A DNA stretch of 64,000 nt from Podarcis gaigeae (taxonomy: Eukaryota): assembly GCA_964106915.2 (NCBI GenBank), contig OZ066914.1. One strand, written 5' to 3'. Positions within the stretch are counted from its first letter, which is position 1; each line of letters starts with the position of its first letter. The position numbers and the translations under genes were made by a program. The notes under the pieces are model-generated. The model did not search any database and was not told the origin of the DNA. It worked only from the letters and a program-made list of their open reading frames with translations. Positions 36,401-48,800 of this stretch are shown in pieces.

Positions 36401-38152
36401 TGTTTTTTAAATGTACATCTATTTCTGTTAAGTCGCCTTGGGCCATTTTGAGAAACAGCGACTCGTAAACATAAATAAATACATATCGGCAGGTCTCTTG
36501 CTAGGTGATTACTTAACCTTTTTCATTCAGAGATGTAGAAACTCATTAGTTGACGCTCTTTTTCTTGTCTTGCAGATGTACTGGCTCGACTTGCTTTATG
36601 CGGCCATTTCTGCTGTAGTCTTCACCCTGGTTAGTAGAGATTTACTGTTGATTGCATGAATAGAGGTACCCCTTTTCCTGAAACAATATACGTGCAGCAT
36701 TTTGAATATTCTGGGTGTACTGTGTTAATTCTGATAGGCAACAACTCAAGAGTTTCCTGTTTCGCCACCACCTCTTTGAGGTGGAGACCCTTCAAGAATC
36801 TTCTGGCTGTCCCAGACTAGCAGCATAACAGGCAAATGAAGCTAGAGGGGCACAAAAACAAGGAAAGGCTTTGGAGAGTGGATTTTGTCTAGCATCTTTA
36901 GATTTCTAGCAAAATTTATTTATTGCTTACGTTTCTACCTTGCTCCTCAGCCAAAAGACAAGTACGGCTGACAGTACTACTGTATGCAATGTAGCTTCAT
37001 AGCAAATAGATGTGTGCTAAATCCAATGGCAGCTGCGTTGAGGAGGTGGGTACCAATTTTGTGGGAAGATGCTGGAACATTAAGATCCTTGGCTTTGTAG
37101 CTTTCACTATGTTTGCAGACACCAACGAATGCTTAACTACAGCTGCAAATTACTTTGAATTGGTTTCGGCCTGTCAGTATTTTCATCCCTCCCATTGCAA
37201 AGATCACCAGATCATGTTTGTTTTACTTTCTGTCTCAGAGAAAGGAGGGGGCGGAAACCACTCTTCCAGACTTCCGTCCCTAGCACTGTGCTGGTTTTTC
37301 TTTGATCTGTCTAGAGACTAGGTGGCAGTATGAGAGAGCTGGTTCTCTCATGCATGTCCGTTATGTTCTTTTGTTTTGTAGTAGTAGTAAAGTTAGGTAT
37401 GCAACAAAACCTCCACTGTTTCGTTTCCATTACTCTGCTGCATTTGAGGTGCTCACAATAGCAAATGTGAGTCCACTGCACCAGGACCTGTTCCAGAGGA
37501 ATGCTGTGCTCTGCTGTTCCTGTGATCAGAGGGTTGGTGAAAGTGCTCCCAACACCCATCCCATGCAGCTGCTGAAGACGTGGGCTTTAAAGGGTGTACA
37601 GACAGGGCCTTGCTATATTGCAATAGGCTTAAGAAAAGTTTACAGATGACTAAGTGGGAAACTCTGGACCAAACTAGACACAGCATTTTTCATTTAGTTG
37701 GTCCCACATAGCTGCCCCCTGCACCTTAATCAATAGCTGGTGTGGGGAGGGGGAAATCAGAGGGATCATGGCAGCCCCAGCCCAATACATTTTGGCACCC
37801 GAGGCAAACCACAAAATGGTTCCCTAGCCAGGGAAGAAGCAGTGAGTGGAGAGTTACATCAGGAACAGGTGGGGAGCAGGAAATCAAATCAGCTTTACCC
37901 AATGGTTGAGGTGGGAATCAAAGGCTGTTGATGGGGAAAGGAGGAAGCTTTAAAGATAGACCGTTTATTGAATGATGTGGCTAAATGCTGCTTTGTGATT
38001 CCTTACAGTTCCTTGCTTATGATACTCAGCTGCTGCTGGGGAACAGGAAATATGCCATCAGTCCCGAGGATTACATTTATGGAGCCATCCAGATCTACAT
38101 AGATGTCATCTACATCTTCCTCTCCTTCACAAGGCTTGTGGGCAGGAATTAG
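27407..38152 (+). CDS. TMBIM1-like tandem paralog (protein lifeguard 3-like), 258 aa, 11 coding exons, intact frame
   Basis: Coding exons: 27407-27458, 27919-28013, 28219-28283, 28984-29037, 29557-29607, 30372-30411, 31121-31158, 34773-34860, 36022-36117, 36576-36629, 38009-38152 (777 nt). Internal exon lengths 95/65/54/51/40/38/88/96/54 are identical to TMBIM1. Translation MAEQSPPPYDGKKTGAVDTTDLECLAEEDGGFRIACWVDKNVRQTFIRKVYSIITLQLL...RRFPWNII...FSFQTKVDLTTW...[41 protein letters not shown]. Confidence 0.9.
29932..30255. mobile_element. hAT/Charlie-type MITE with internal tandem duplication
   Basis: Ends CAGGGGTCAGTAAACT...AGTTTGCCTACCCATG; perfect 8-bp TSD CATTAGGA (29924-29931, 30256-30263); a roughly 70-bp unit (CCCCACAAATAACCC...GTAAAAACAC) is repeated twice inside. 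Confidence 0.85.
32006..34668 (-). mobile_element. BovB (RTE-clade) LINE, internally deleted and inactive
   Basis: ORF pieces: 34013-34651 (APE endonuclease IGTWNVRTMN), 32822-33703 (RT: CSNYRTIALISHASK, FIDYAKAFD, GVRQG) and 32534-32737. The YADD motif is mutated to YAND; premature stops and internal deletions are present. BovB-type 3' end with (CAA)n tail; 11-bp TSD GTTTGAAAAGT at 31995-32005 and 34669-34679. Confidence 0.92.
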
Positions 38153-38807
38153 GGACTGTGGGACCTGTACTTAGGGCCAGGACTTTGTCTCAGCATTTGG
38201 GCGAAACGTTTCTTCACCTTTTCCCTCTTCACCAGCACACGAGTCTGTTGTTTGCAAAGATCCTATACTGATGGTACACAAAGCTGATGCATAACCACTC
38301 CGCCACTAAGGCATTTTTGTATGGCCATTAAAATTTTGCATGTAATTTGACTGCGTGAAAATGCTCAACTGCAGAGAGTTAGTTGCGCTTAGGTCCTGTT
38401 GAAATCCATGAGATGTGTTATAGTCACAATTGATTTAAACCCCGCTGGTTTCAGTGTCATGGGCACAAATTGATTTCCGGGATTGGAGCCTGTAATTTTT
38501 ACATTTTTCTGCAACATATGTAGGCAAGAAATATAGACCTTGCAGTGAACTTCCGCTCTCTTAGCTGTAACTGCAAATATATATATTTAAAATAAGCCAA
38601 CTGTCCATTCTTGTTACATATTAGAGATTACGACAACTGTCTAAATATAGCACTGTTTGACGTAGTAGGCCAGTGATGGTGAACCTTTTAGAGACTGAGT
38701 GCTCAAACTGCAACCCAAAACCCACTTATTTATCGCAAAGTGCCAACACGGCAATTTAACCTGTTATGCAATTTTTCCGTGTGTTTCTTCTTTATGACTG
38801 CTGTTGT

Positions 38808-38813
38808 AATAAA
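38808..38813 (+). terminator. Candidate polyadenylation signal of the TMBIM1 paralog
   Basis: AATAAA about 655 nt after the stop codon; an ATTAAA also occurs near 38327. Confidence 0.4.
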
Positions 38814-39535
38814 TAATCTTTCCTAAAAGTTATTGCATTATATATATATATATGTCTCTGAACACGGCCCTCAATAAGTGAAAGAGATGGATTCTTTGTC
38901 AAGAATAAGACCACATAGTCCCTTTTATTTCTCATAAAACAAATGCCTCCCCTGTAGAGAGCAAGAATGATTAAGGATAAACCTTTGCAGGATTGTTAGC
39001 CCCCTATCTTACTTGACCCACCCTCAAATTGGCATGAGTTACAAAAAATACAAACGCCTCTTTTAAAAAAAATGAAATGCACCCAACTATTAATTATGAG
39101 AATTAAAACACATGCTCTAAAACCCATGTATGGGGTGGGGGAAGTACACTGAAAAATTATACTTTTCATCTATGTAATTTAATAATACCATAAATGCAGT
39201 GTCTGGACACTTAATGGTTTGTGGAACTGACTAGAAACAGCTGTTCCTTTTACTTCATCTCGCAGCTTGCTGGTATTGCTACACAATCCTAGTCATTAGG
39301 GAAGTTATTGAAATCTGTGAGTGGTGTTTGTGCCAACTGTAACATTACAGTGGAACTAACACCACACTTTTATAGGTGTGCAGGATGGCAGAAGGCACTC
39401 TGTGGAAGAGGCATGGGAACAATATATTTGACTATCAAAAATGGTTACAAGCAGCAATTGATTTAATATGCTAGAAAGGACCCTGTAATGATACCGCCAG
39501 TGTTTAGGAAATCAAATATTGTGCTATTCACACAC

Positions 39536-39632
39536 AAGAATCATAGAATCTTAAGAGTTGGAAGGGACCCCTAGGGTCATTTAGTCCAACCCCCTGCAAT
39601 GCAGGAATCTGAGCTAAAGCATCCATGACAGA
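39536..39632 (-). mobile_element. CR1 LINE 3' end fragment
   Basis: The reverse strand reads GGGTTGGACTAAATGACCC...CCCTTCCAACTC...ATTCTATGATTCT, the CR1 terminal (ATTCTRTG)-type tail. Confidence 0.7.
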
Positions 39633-40309
39633 TTGTTGGATTATAGCCAGTCGGTTCACCACAGTTCACCACATGCTCAAAATAAACCTGCATCTGCAAT
39701 GAATCAGACTTCACACTTTCAATTTCAAGGATTTAATGGGACATTTTTATGCCAATCTGGCAAGGTGTGAATGGTGAGACCTGGTCTCCCCTCTGGCCAA
39801 TTTTTTTTGTAAAAAATGTGATGAGAACACAGTTTTATTCCTAAATATGCTGCTGATCTAGAAAGTACAAGAAGATGGACTTAATGGGTCCTCGCTGCCA
39901 AACATTCCTTAAATAACTACTGTACCTGCGCTTATAATTCCACACCCCGCCTAAATATTACTCAGACCCACAAGAAGATCATCTTTTAACCCAAGATACC
40001 TACAACTTGATGCCAAGCTAGACTGCAGTGCTGTTTTCCTAGGACACATCTAATGTTGGTGATGGTAGGGAATTTATCGATAACCTCTGCTTAATCCCAC
40101 ACAAAGGCATCATGAGAAATCAGCTGACCATATTTCATACAGCGCTGTATGGTGTCTCACGCAGATTCAGAGAATGCACCGCGATAACAGCTGGTGGCAG
40201 AAGCCAATACCTGCAAGGTACTCCAATACACTGCAAAGTACTCTGGTACAGAGATAGAGCATCTTAAAAATGGCAATGATTGAGAGTTCTAGCCACTTTC
40301 ATCCCAGGG

Positions 40310-42441
40310 CTAGGACTTCGTTTCAGCAAGTCCCTCTGTTTCTCGCAATGCCGTCCTGTATCGCTCTCTTTCATAGTCTCCCTCATTGGATGCCCTCATT
40401 TTCTGGCGGACTTTCAGCTGCTTCAGACGGTTCTTGTCCACTTCTCGTTTAGTGAGGAGGAAAAGGATGATGCCAGAAGGGAAACCAATGGCCCTGGAGA
40501 GAGGCAAAGAATACATAAGCCACAACTTGCTCCCAGGAAGATTTTGCTTGGGGCTGTTCAGTCTCACACCACAGCCTGATATCCTTCCACTCCCATACTC
40601 AGCCCATATATTCAAGGGTTCCTTAGCATTTCCATCAAACTGAGTTGCCTGGCATTGTAGGCTGCAAGATTGACAACTAACCTGGGGAGATCATAAAACA
40701 AACTGATGAAATGATGCTCACCAAGCAATGCCAACTGCCTTCATGGGGTTCTTGCCCTTCCTCCCTGTGGGAATATACTCCACATGTTCATAGGTCTTTC
40801 CACCAGACTGTGGTTTTGTCTGTAATTCTTCCAAAGCCCTGCAGCTCCTGTGGAAGGATCGGGCAGGAGTTCTGAAAGGCACACCTAAGCCTACAGCTCG
40901 GTTCATAGTGGCAGAAAGAAGGCCTGCAAAGGAGACACACTATAGTGAAATTGTACTTTTAAACATTTCATCTAGATTTATCCACCAATGCTATGTCCTA
41001 AACTCACTGAGTAACGTTGACCCTTTTAGTTTATGTACATGAAAATGTGCCTAGTGGTCTGATCCTATGCATTTGTGCTTCTAGGTGTGCCTTAGCAAAG
41101 TTCCTAAGCTGTCTTTTAAGAGGTCATCCATAGTGTGTTTGTCAGCATATTGCAAAGTGTCTTTTAATGTGCCTGATCCTTGGGACAATTCTGGTATAAC
41201 AAATCCTGGCAGGAGACTAAAATGCCAGTCAGATGCAGAAAATTAATATGGCTTCTGTGCTTTGAACAAATTCCATGGAAGGATATTTTGGCAGGCATGA
41301 CTGTCCTCTTCTTCACAGAGCTGTTGAAGTGCAAAGGAGCTCTATTAAAATAAAAACAAGGCTCTGGGGATTGGAGGTGTCTGTGCCCTCACCTACCTGG
41401 CCATGATTTACAAAGTGCTCCTCCATGGGCTGTTGTTGCAGCATGGCACAACAAACAGGGAGCATTTTTAAACCTGCTTTTTTTGCACACATCTGGTAGA
41501 TTAAAAAAACCCCGTGTATTAAAAAATCCATCAATCATTGGTCATTTTGCCTACTTTGAAACTTGCCTGAAAAGTTGGTTTGTTGGAAAGCTTGTCAGGC
41601 TATCTCACAGACAATTTTCTTAAGGTGTGTGTGGATAGCTAAATAAATTCCTGCATGCATGCCTACAGTGGACCTCCAGTTTCCAAAACTTATGGAGGTA
41701 AATACTAATTGAGAGGAGGGTCAACCACATACAGTGTGAATATATTCCACCAAGTGCCACCCACTAGTGGGGACAGGAAAAAAGAGGCATAAAATTGAAA
41801 GTGCTGTGTGGACAACACACACACAAAATCACTCCCGTTATGTATCAATGCCCTAGAGTGGGTACAGCCAAGGTATACTTTCCCTGTTACTCCCTTGCTT
41901 CCGTTTACCTGACCTAACGGTGGGAAACAACACATATTTTTATTCACAAATCTTCATTGTTTCAGCCCCCATATTTTACGGAGGGCAGAACTGCAGAATC
42001 CTCCAGCCTGGGAAGCCTTTCTTTCTGACCCTCCTGTGCCGGGCGGGGGCTTTGCTGCCCGGCATTGTTTTGCTTGCCAGCTGATCGACGGCATTTATGC
42101 AGCGGATTTGGTCTGAGTCTGCCGCTCGCCGCTGTTTTTGGGGGGAGTTGCACCAAAAAGTGACATTTAAAACAACTACTGTGGGGCAGAGCCCTGGGCC
42201 CTGGCTGGGAATCTCAGCACAGCCACAGAGCTCTCTAGGCGACACCTCTTCCTCTCCTAACCAGCCCCAGCAGCAGCAGCAGCAGCTGCTCCTCCTCCGC
42301 CGCCGCCTAATTCACCAGCCTACCCGCTCGCTGTTTCCTCCCCGATGCCAGACCCCGCTTCCTCCCCAACAAGGTCGCATTGCACGGGCAGCCGCGCCTC
42401 CCCTCCCTACCCTGCAATCGAACCCTGCAAGCGGCCGCCAT
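40310..42441 (-). CDS. PNKD: PNKD (myofibrillogenesis regulator 1) short isoform MR-1S, about 138 aa; exons 1-2 are shared with the long isoform
   Basis: Exon 1 42441-42411 (MAAACRVRLQ; donor CAGG|GTAGGG, with an alternative in-frame donor at 42324). Exon 2 40923-40722 (GLLSATMNRA...EYIPTGRKGKNPMKAVGIAW). Exon 3 40493-40310 (AIGFPSGIILFLLTKREVDKNRLKQLKVRQKMRASNEGDYERERY...*). Motifs and phases (1, 2) match PNKD-S. The exon 1 3' boundary is the least certain. Candidate AATAAA (minus) at 39834-39839. Confidence 0.88.
42268..42285 (+). repeat. (CAG)6 microsatellite followed by CTC/CCG triplets in PNKD intron 1
   Basis: Direct reading of the sequence. Confidence 0.85.
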
Positions 42442-42800
42442 CTCGGGGAAAAGTTCTCTCTCGCTTCCTCCCGCTGCGCGCCAGGTACTAGCAAGGTCGA
42501 GGAGAAGGAAGCGAACCCGACACTACAACTCCCATGACTCCCTTTTTCGACGGCGAGGGGTCACATGGGCAACGAAGGCGCTCCTTCTAGGAGGAGGAGG
42601 AGGCGGCCCTCTGGCTCGGAACGCGGAGCTGGCGAATGAGGGAGTCCGCGCTGATGACCCCTCCTCCGATTCGCTAGCCCGTTCCGATCCGCTTCGCTGA
42701 TTGGCGGCGGAGACTTTCACCCCGCCCCCCCCCCGCGACGGGAGGGAGGAGGAGATCAGCGTAGGCGCGTGCGGGTTGCTGGTAGGCTGAAGTCGTCAGC
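42442..42800. promoter_or_regulatory. Bidirectional CpG-island promoter shared by PNKD and AAMP
   Basis: 359 bp between divergent ATGs. Contains ACTACAACTCCCA (ZNF143/THAP11-type motif, 42522-42534), an inverted CCAAT box (ATTGG, about 42700) and a GC box CCCGCCCC (about 42721). A YY1-like GAGATGGCGGC overlaps the PNKD ATG. Confidence 0.85.
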
Positions 42801-45800
42801 ATGGCGGAACCCGCAGACGGGGCAGGTTTGGAGGCGGCCTCGGAGGGGCTCTTGCTGATGGCAGCCGGCGATGAGGAGGGGGCCGCGGAGGAGATCGTGG
42901 AGGTGGTGGACCTTGAGGCGCCTGGACCCGGTAAAGAGGCGAGGGACTGGGTGGCTGGGACGGGGACTTGGGATCCTTTTCCAGGGACTTTTGCAGAGGA
43001 AAACGTGACCACCCTGAAAAGTAGTAAGAGGGCTGACCGGTTAGGTGTCATCACCCCCATCCTCATTATCGTCACTCAGTCTGTCAGATTTATTTGTTAG
43101 GAGACTTTGGTCAACTACAGCCTAGCTGAGCGAAACATTTTAACATAAATCACCCCCTAGCACGTTGGACCTCGTTTTGTGCAATAAATCATTGGTTCAT
43201 CCGTTGGGTGCCTAGAGCAACCCTAGAAACCTTATATGTAATATACTATATTTATGCCTGTCAAGTAGTAAATAGCAGCTTTCTCCCTAATGTTAAAAAA
43301 AAGAGGAAACTGGCCCTTGAATCTTTTTCACAACCCATCCCTAGGGGATTATACAGGAAACAGTATAATACACTGTGAACAATCTTTTGGTCACAGATGC
43401 ACATACATTTACCGATATTCTGGTGTTCACCAACATCTTTGTTATTTATACACCCAGAGACAGGATGGATTTAGAGCTGGCCACTTGGAGGTGCTCTAGC
43501 TCAAGAATATTACAAAGACAAGTCTCTACCCCAAGAGGCTAACAATCTAGAATGGACACAGTGAAACAACAGAGAAAGGGGGAAATGGAGTCATGGGAAA
43601 TACATGTGATTATTTCAATTGCATGCTATTTGGCTTTGGGAACAATTCTGTGTGCAAGAAGCTGCCATAAAGTAAGCTGATGTAAATTAAGCCAGCGTAA
43701 AGTTAGATTAGGTCCATACATCATGGGGCATCGGGGGGGGGGGGCGCTGCTTTCTACCTAAGCTTGGTAGAGGGAAAACAAGCATTTAAAGTAGTGTTTT
43801 ATGCTGGGTTGCTAGGTCACATGACTGAGCTGAATGGGCTTAGGGTGCAGTCCAAATTCTACCCCCTCATCACACCTTTTGAGGGACTTATATTGGCCTT
43901 AGCTCTCGTGACTGAGCCAGAATGAGCAAGGTACACTGGCTTATCTTTGGCTGAGCTAGGGTTGGCTCTAAGGTGACCCAGTGCTTCCTATGTTGCTCAT
44001 CCTGGTGGATTTTGCCATAGGATTGCTGCCTTGGTTTAAAAAAAGGTATAGGTACAAAGCAGGTGATGGAGTAGCAATCACAGGGGGAATGGGAGAAGGG
44101 GAGCTGTTTGGAGGCAATGAATAAGAGAACAGAGGAGAGAGAGGGAGGATGGGGTTCATAATTATCAAAACCGATGTCTCACATAGGTTAGGGAACGCTA
44201 TTATGTATTACAATCTATAATTTGACATAGGAATATAATTGAGGGGCTCAGGTTCTAGTCACAGCAGCATTTCAGACCACATAGAGTGGAAGGGGCACAG
44301 GAGATTAGGGTTGTGATTTCTACAATTTGTCTGAATCCTTTGCAACTAAGACTTACTGGCACTTAGCTGTGGACTGAGGTTGGCAGTTTACCACGTAAGG
44401 TTCATTCTTCTCCTCTAAACAGGACTGTGAGTGCACACAGAGATACCACAGTTTAGCACACTTGCTTTTACTTATTATGCAGGGCTGGGTTGGAGGGGGG
44501 AACCTTCATGCTGACTGGCTTTGTAAAATAGCATTGCTTTGTTTGCTTCTGCAGATGATCTGGCTGATGAAATGGAAGATGTGGATTTAGATGAAGAGGA
44601 GGCTGCTTGGGAGGATGTTGAGGCAGAGGAAGGCATGGAGGCCCAAGATGACAGTGAGGTCACGTTCTCCAAACACACGGGTGAGCTGGTAGATGAATGA
44701 GAGTAGGCATCTCATTCATTATCTAGTGCCCCAGGTTTGGGCCTACCTATTCTGTGCCTATTTTGTGGCCCGGCAAGACTACTTTATTATTATTTGCAAA
44801 AGAAACCTGGTCGATAAAGGATTTAACCAGCTCTTTGTCAGTGGCTAGCACAGTATTCCATCGGTGGGTTGCTGACGCAAGGTCACACTAGCCGGTGAGC
44901 CTGCTTTCTACTTTTAAGTCCCAGCCCTGCTAATTTAAAGCCAGGGTTGGTGATGTGAATCATCTCTGCTGGTATTTTCCAAGATGGTGCTCTTCCATGT
45001 TTTTCTTTTACCTTAAAAGGGCCAGGTGCCCTTGAGCAAGGAATGGAGGGGAAGCACCTTTGCATCCTCTATAATGCTGTGCTGTTGTGGCTACAGGATG
45101 GTGCTGTTTCAGCTGAGAGTGTGCTTCACTTTCACTGTTCTTTCATTAACCTTTTGCTGGGAGAGAGCAACACAGTTATGCCCCAGTCAAGGATGGGGAA
45201 CTTGTGTCACTCCAGATATTGTTGGATTCCCAGCTCCCATCAACTCCCAGCCAGCATGGTCAATGATGAAATTTGGAGAGTGGCAGGTTTTGCATCTCTG
45301 GTGCTTTTGGTTCCTCTTGTTTGGATGCCCACAATAGGACTGTGAGTGTGAGAGAGAGGTATGTCTGGCTTCTGTCGCTAACATTGTTCTGTTTGTTCCC
45401 CCTAGCATCTGTTTTCTGCGTCAGTCTTGACCCCAAGACCAACACGCTGGCAGTGACAGGCGGTGAAGATGACAAGGCTTTTGTGTGGCGCCTCAGTGAT
45501 GGTGAGCTCCTCTTTGAATGCTCAGGTGAGGCTCTTCTGGGTAATACCTTGCAACTCTAATGCCAATATTTGAATTGCTTTGTGTTGCTGGGGTCAGCAT
45601 AAAACAGTTTTAACAATAAATACTTCCCTCTATCTTGGATAGCCCTGGGGATAAAGTGATCCATATCTAAAAACCTATATATAGGTAACTCTTCAGCTGG
45701 TGATTTGGATAGGAAGGTGTAGCAATGGAAAACATCTATATTTTTGAGGTGACTGAATATCCCCTCCTTTTACTTCTGGCATTGAAAGGACTGCCTGCAG

Positions 45801-48800
45801 ATTGCCATATGTGGATAGCTCCACATTAAGGGTATACTCTATAATGGCCCTGCTCTACTGAAGAAATAATAATTCCAACAGGGCTGGGGCACCTGTGGGC
45901 TTTGAATGTTGTTGGACTACAACACTCATCATTGTTGACCATTAGCAATGGTGGCTGGGGTTCACGGGAGTTAGAGCCTGAAAGAGCCATATATAACCTG
46001 CCTGCACCATGATTATTTTCAGGACTGTTCATTGTGTTGAGGCAGGATGTGTGTGATATTATTGAGCTCCCTGGAGGAACAGCAGGACACTAATACTTCC
46101 ACTGTTGCAAACACAAAGTACATGGTGTTTTACAGTGTCCAGAGCACTCTCTCCACATTATCTTTCACAACAACAGACCTGTAAGGTAGATTAGTATTAT
46201 TACCCTGATGTTGGCAGGGAGTGGGTTGAGGCTGTGAGAGAATGATGTAGAGAAAGATGGTGGCTTTCCTGCAGGCCATGAAGTGTGTTCATGGCAAAGG
46301 AGAGGGATCAGGCACTTCCTGGTATGCTATACTTGCTTATCTTGGAGGACTCTCCATTGAACTTAATGAGATTGATTTCAGAATATGCATGTTCTTGTTC
46401 TTTTCATTATCACCAGGACACAAAGATTCCGTCACTTGTGCTGGTTTCAGCCATGATTCCACATTCGTGGCCACGGGTGACATGAGTGGACTGATAAAAG
46501 TTTGGCGGGTGGATGCCAAAGAGGAGATCTGGTCTTTCGAAGCGGGCGACTTGGAGGTGAGAAATGGGGCCTATAAATTCCAGGGCAAAAGTTTCACCAT
46601 GAGAAGATTTCCCAGGGGAAAGCATGATTACTGTCTTGATTCTAGGGAGAAAACTCTGAGATAATTCAGATAAATTATTTCCTCTGACAGAAATGCAGTG
46701 CTTTATAGCCTGTCATTTGGAACAGTTTCTAATTTGGTTGGGTGCAACAATGTAATATGGAACAAACTGATGCTTTCTGTGCAAGCTACAGTGTTAGGAT
46801 TGCTACAACAAGGCTGTCAGTTTCACTCATTCCGTGTTCTTTGCCACTCTGCCCTAGTCATACAAAGGCTCACAAAACCACATGGCAATGTCATAGCGTG
46901 CCAATTGCACAACCTATATGTTAGGTTGCAATCGTAAGCAAGGTGTACTGGTGAGATGGTGTGATGTTGTGGCTAAAGTGTGGGAGCTAGGAGGCTGGAA
47001 GTCTCCAGCTGAAATCTCGCCTCGGCTGCAGATTTGCTAGGTAATGTTAGGCAAGCTCCCATCTCAGCCTTGGCCCCTTCTCCATCTACCCTGTTGGCGT
47101 TGTATGGAGACCTCTATTAAAGTGTGATTGCACGGAATACTGAGAAGAGCATACGGGAAGCTATTTTCACCATCTCAAGTGTTGTATAAATGCTATACAT
47201 TAAACTTTTGGGGTACGTATTTAAGAGTTGGCTGTTGGATAACTTTTGCACAGTGAGAAAGGATTTGTTGGTCATGTGCAAAGCAGCAGGCTCCTTTCTG
47301 GTATTGCTTAGCTCCCAGCCTATTGCTTTCTCTTTCTCTTCTTGACCCCAGTGGATGGAGTGGCACCCTCAGTCCCATGTCCTTCTGGCTGGCACTGCTG
47401 ACGGCAACTCCTGGATGTGGAAGATCCCTAGTGGAGAGTGCAAGACCTTCCAAGGCCCGTCCTGTCCAGCTACGTGTGGTCATGTCCTTCCTGATGGTGA
47501 GGAGCAGGGCTTGGGATGTGGGGATGGGCTTGTAGAATTGTTATAGGCCTGTCCAATGGCAGAATACATCAGCTTGGTTCACCCATGATGCCAAAGCATG
47601 GTTTGTTTGTTTGTTGTTTGTTTGTTTGTTATATTTATACCCCACCTTTCCTCCAAGGAGCTCAAGGTGGTCTACACAGTTCTCCCCTTCTTCATTTAAT
47701 CCACACAACCCCGTGAGGTAGGTTAAGCTTAAGAGACAGTGACTGGCCCAGTGTCACCCAGTGAGCTTCATGGCTCAGTAGGGGGTGTAAACTCTGGTCT
47801 CTCAGGTCCTAGTCCAACACTAAACATTACACCACACTGGCTTATTGGTTGGTTGAATCTTTGAACCCAGCCAACAGAGCAACCATGGTTTGTGTTTTGG
47901 CAACTTACGACTCCTGGCCGTTTTAACTATGTTTTTGTGTTACGCCTGAACCCAGCAGCATTGCTTAATCAGTTTTTCAGCCACTCCATCCCAGATATTG
48001 GCCAAGTTACAGAGGCAGAAGGCAAGGCTAGATGGAAAACAAACCAAGCTTTGGAGGAACAAGCTATGGCTTGTTTGCTGGATTATAAGGCAACTCCTGG
48101 GTTTTTCTGAGAGTGGGGTGGAATGGTTAAAACAAACCGTAGCTTAGTGTCATGTGTGACTGTAGCTGCTGTGAAATTTGCCTCTTCCAAGCACATCCTC
48201 TGTTTCTTTATGCACAGAGGCAGCCTTCCCCAGCCTAGTGCCCTCCATAGATTTTGAACCTCAACCAGCATGGCCTATGGCCAGCAAGGAAAGAAGCTGT
48301 AGTCTAAAACATTTGGAGGGGAAGGCTGTAATAGCAAGGGATCGTGTTACACTTGGGGTTGACTCTTGGGCTTCCTTGGGATCTCCCTGAATATGACAGA
48401 GTGACTAACACAACGACGCTCAATGCAGGGAGGAGAGCTGTGGTCGGTTACGAAGATGGGACCGTGCGCATCTGGGATCTGAAACAGGGCAGCTCGCTGC
48501 ACGTCCTCAAAGGTACCAAAGGTTCTGTTCGGTTGCCTGTTTCCATTTATTTGCTGTCAGGAAGCTGGAGCAAGGGGAGGCGTTGCTCAGAAACCTCTTT
48601 CAGAGTACTAGCTTTGCACGAGAACTGTAAAGGCAGGAAAGAACCTGAGGGGGAGGAATATGGATGGCTTTCAAGAAACATGGAATCCCAAGTCCTAAAC
48701 AAAAGCAATAAAACTCTGCTTTCATGGTGCAGCCTCTGCAGGATTTCCTCTCTTTGGAGATTGGCGTATTGGCATCCTCTGCTTGGGGGAATGTAATGAT

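Noticed and set aside
27407-38152. Second TMBIM1 copy as an assembly artefact or a pseudogene
   Set aside because: About 35% protein divergence with unrelated introns excludes haplotype duplication. The intact frame, splice sites and introns exclude a processed or visibly decayed pseudogene.
42421-42423. Val at residue 7 of lizard PNKD resembling the human A7V disease allele
   Set aside because: Exon 1 differs in length and sequence from human, so residue numbers are not homologous; the match is probably coincidence.
42097-42537. 146-aa poly-Q/poly-L ORF
   Set aside because: A by-product of a CAG/CTC/CCG microsatellite in a stop-poor CpG island, antisense to PNKD exon 1; no recognisable domain.
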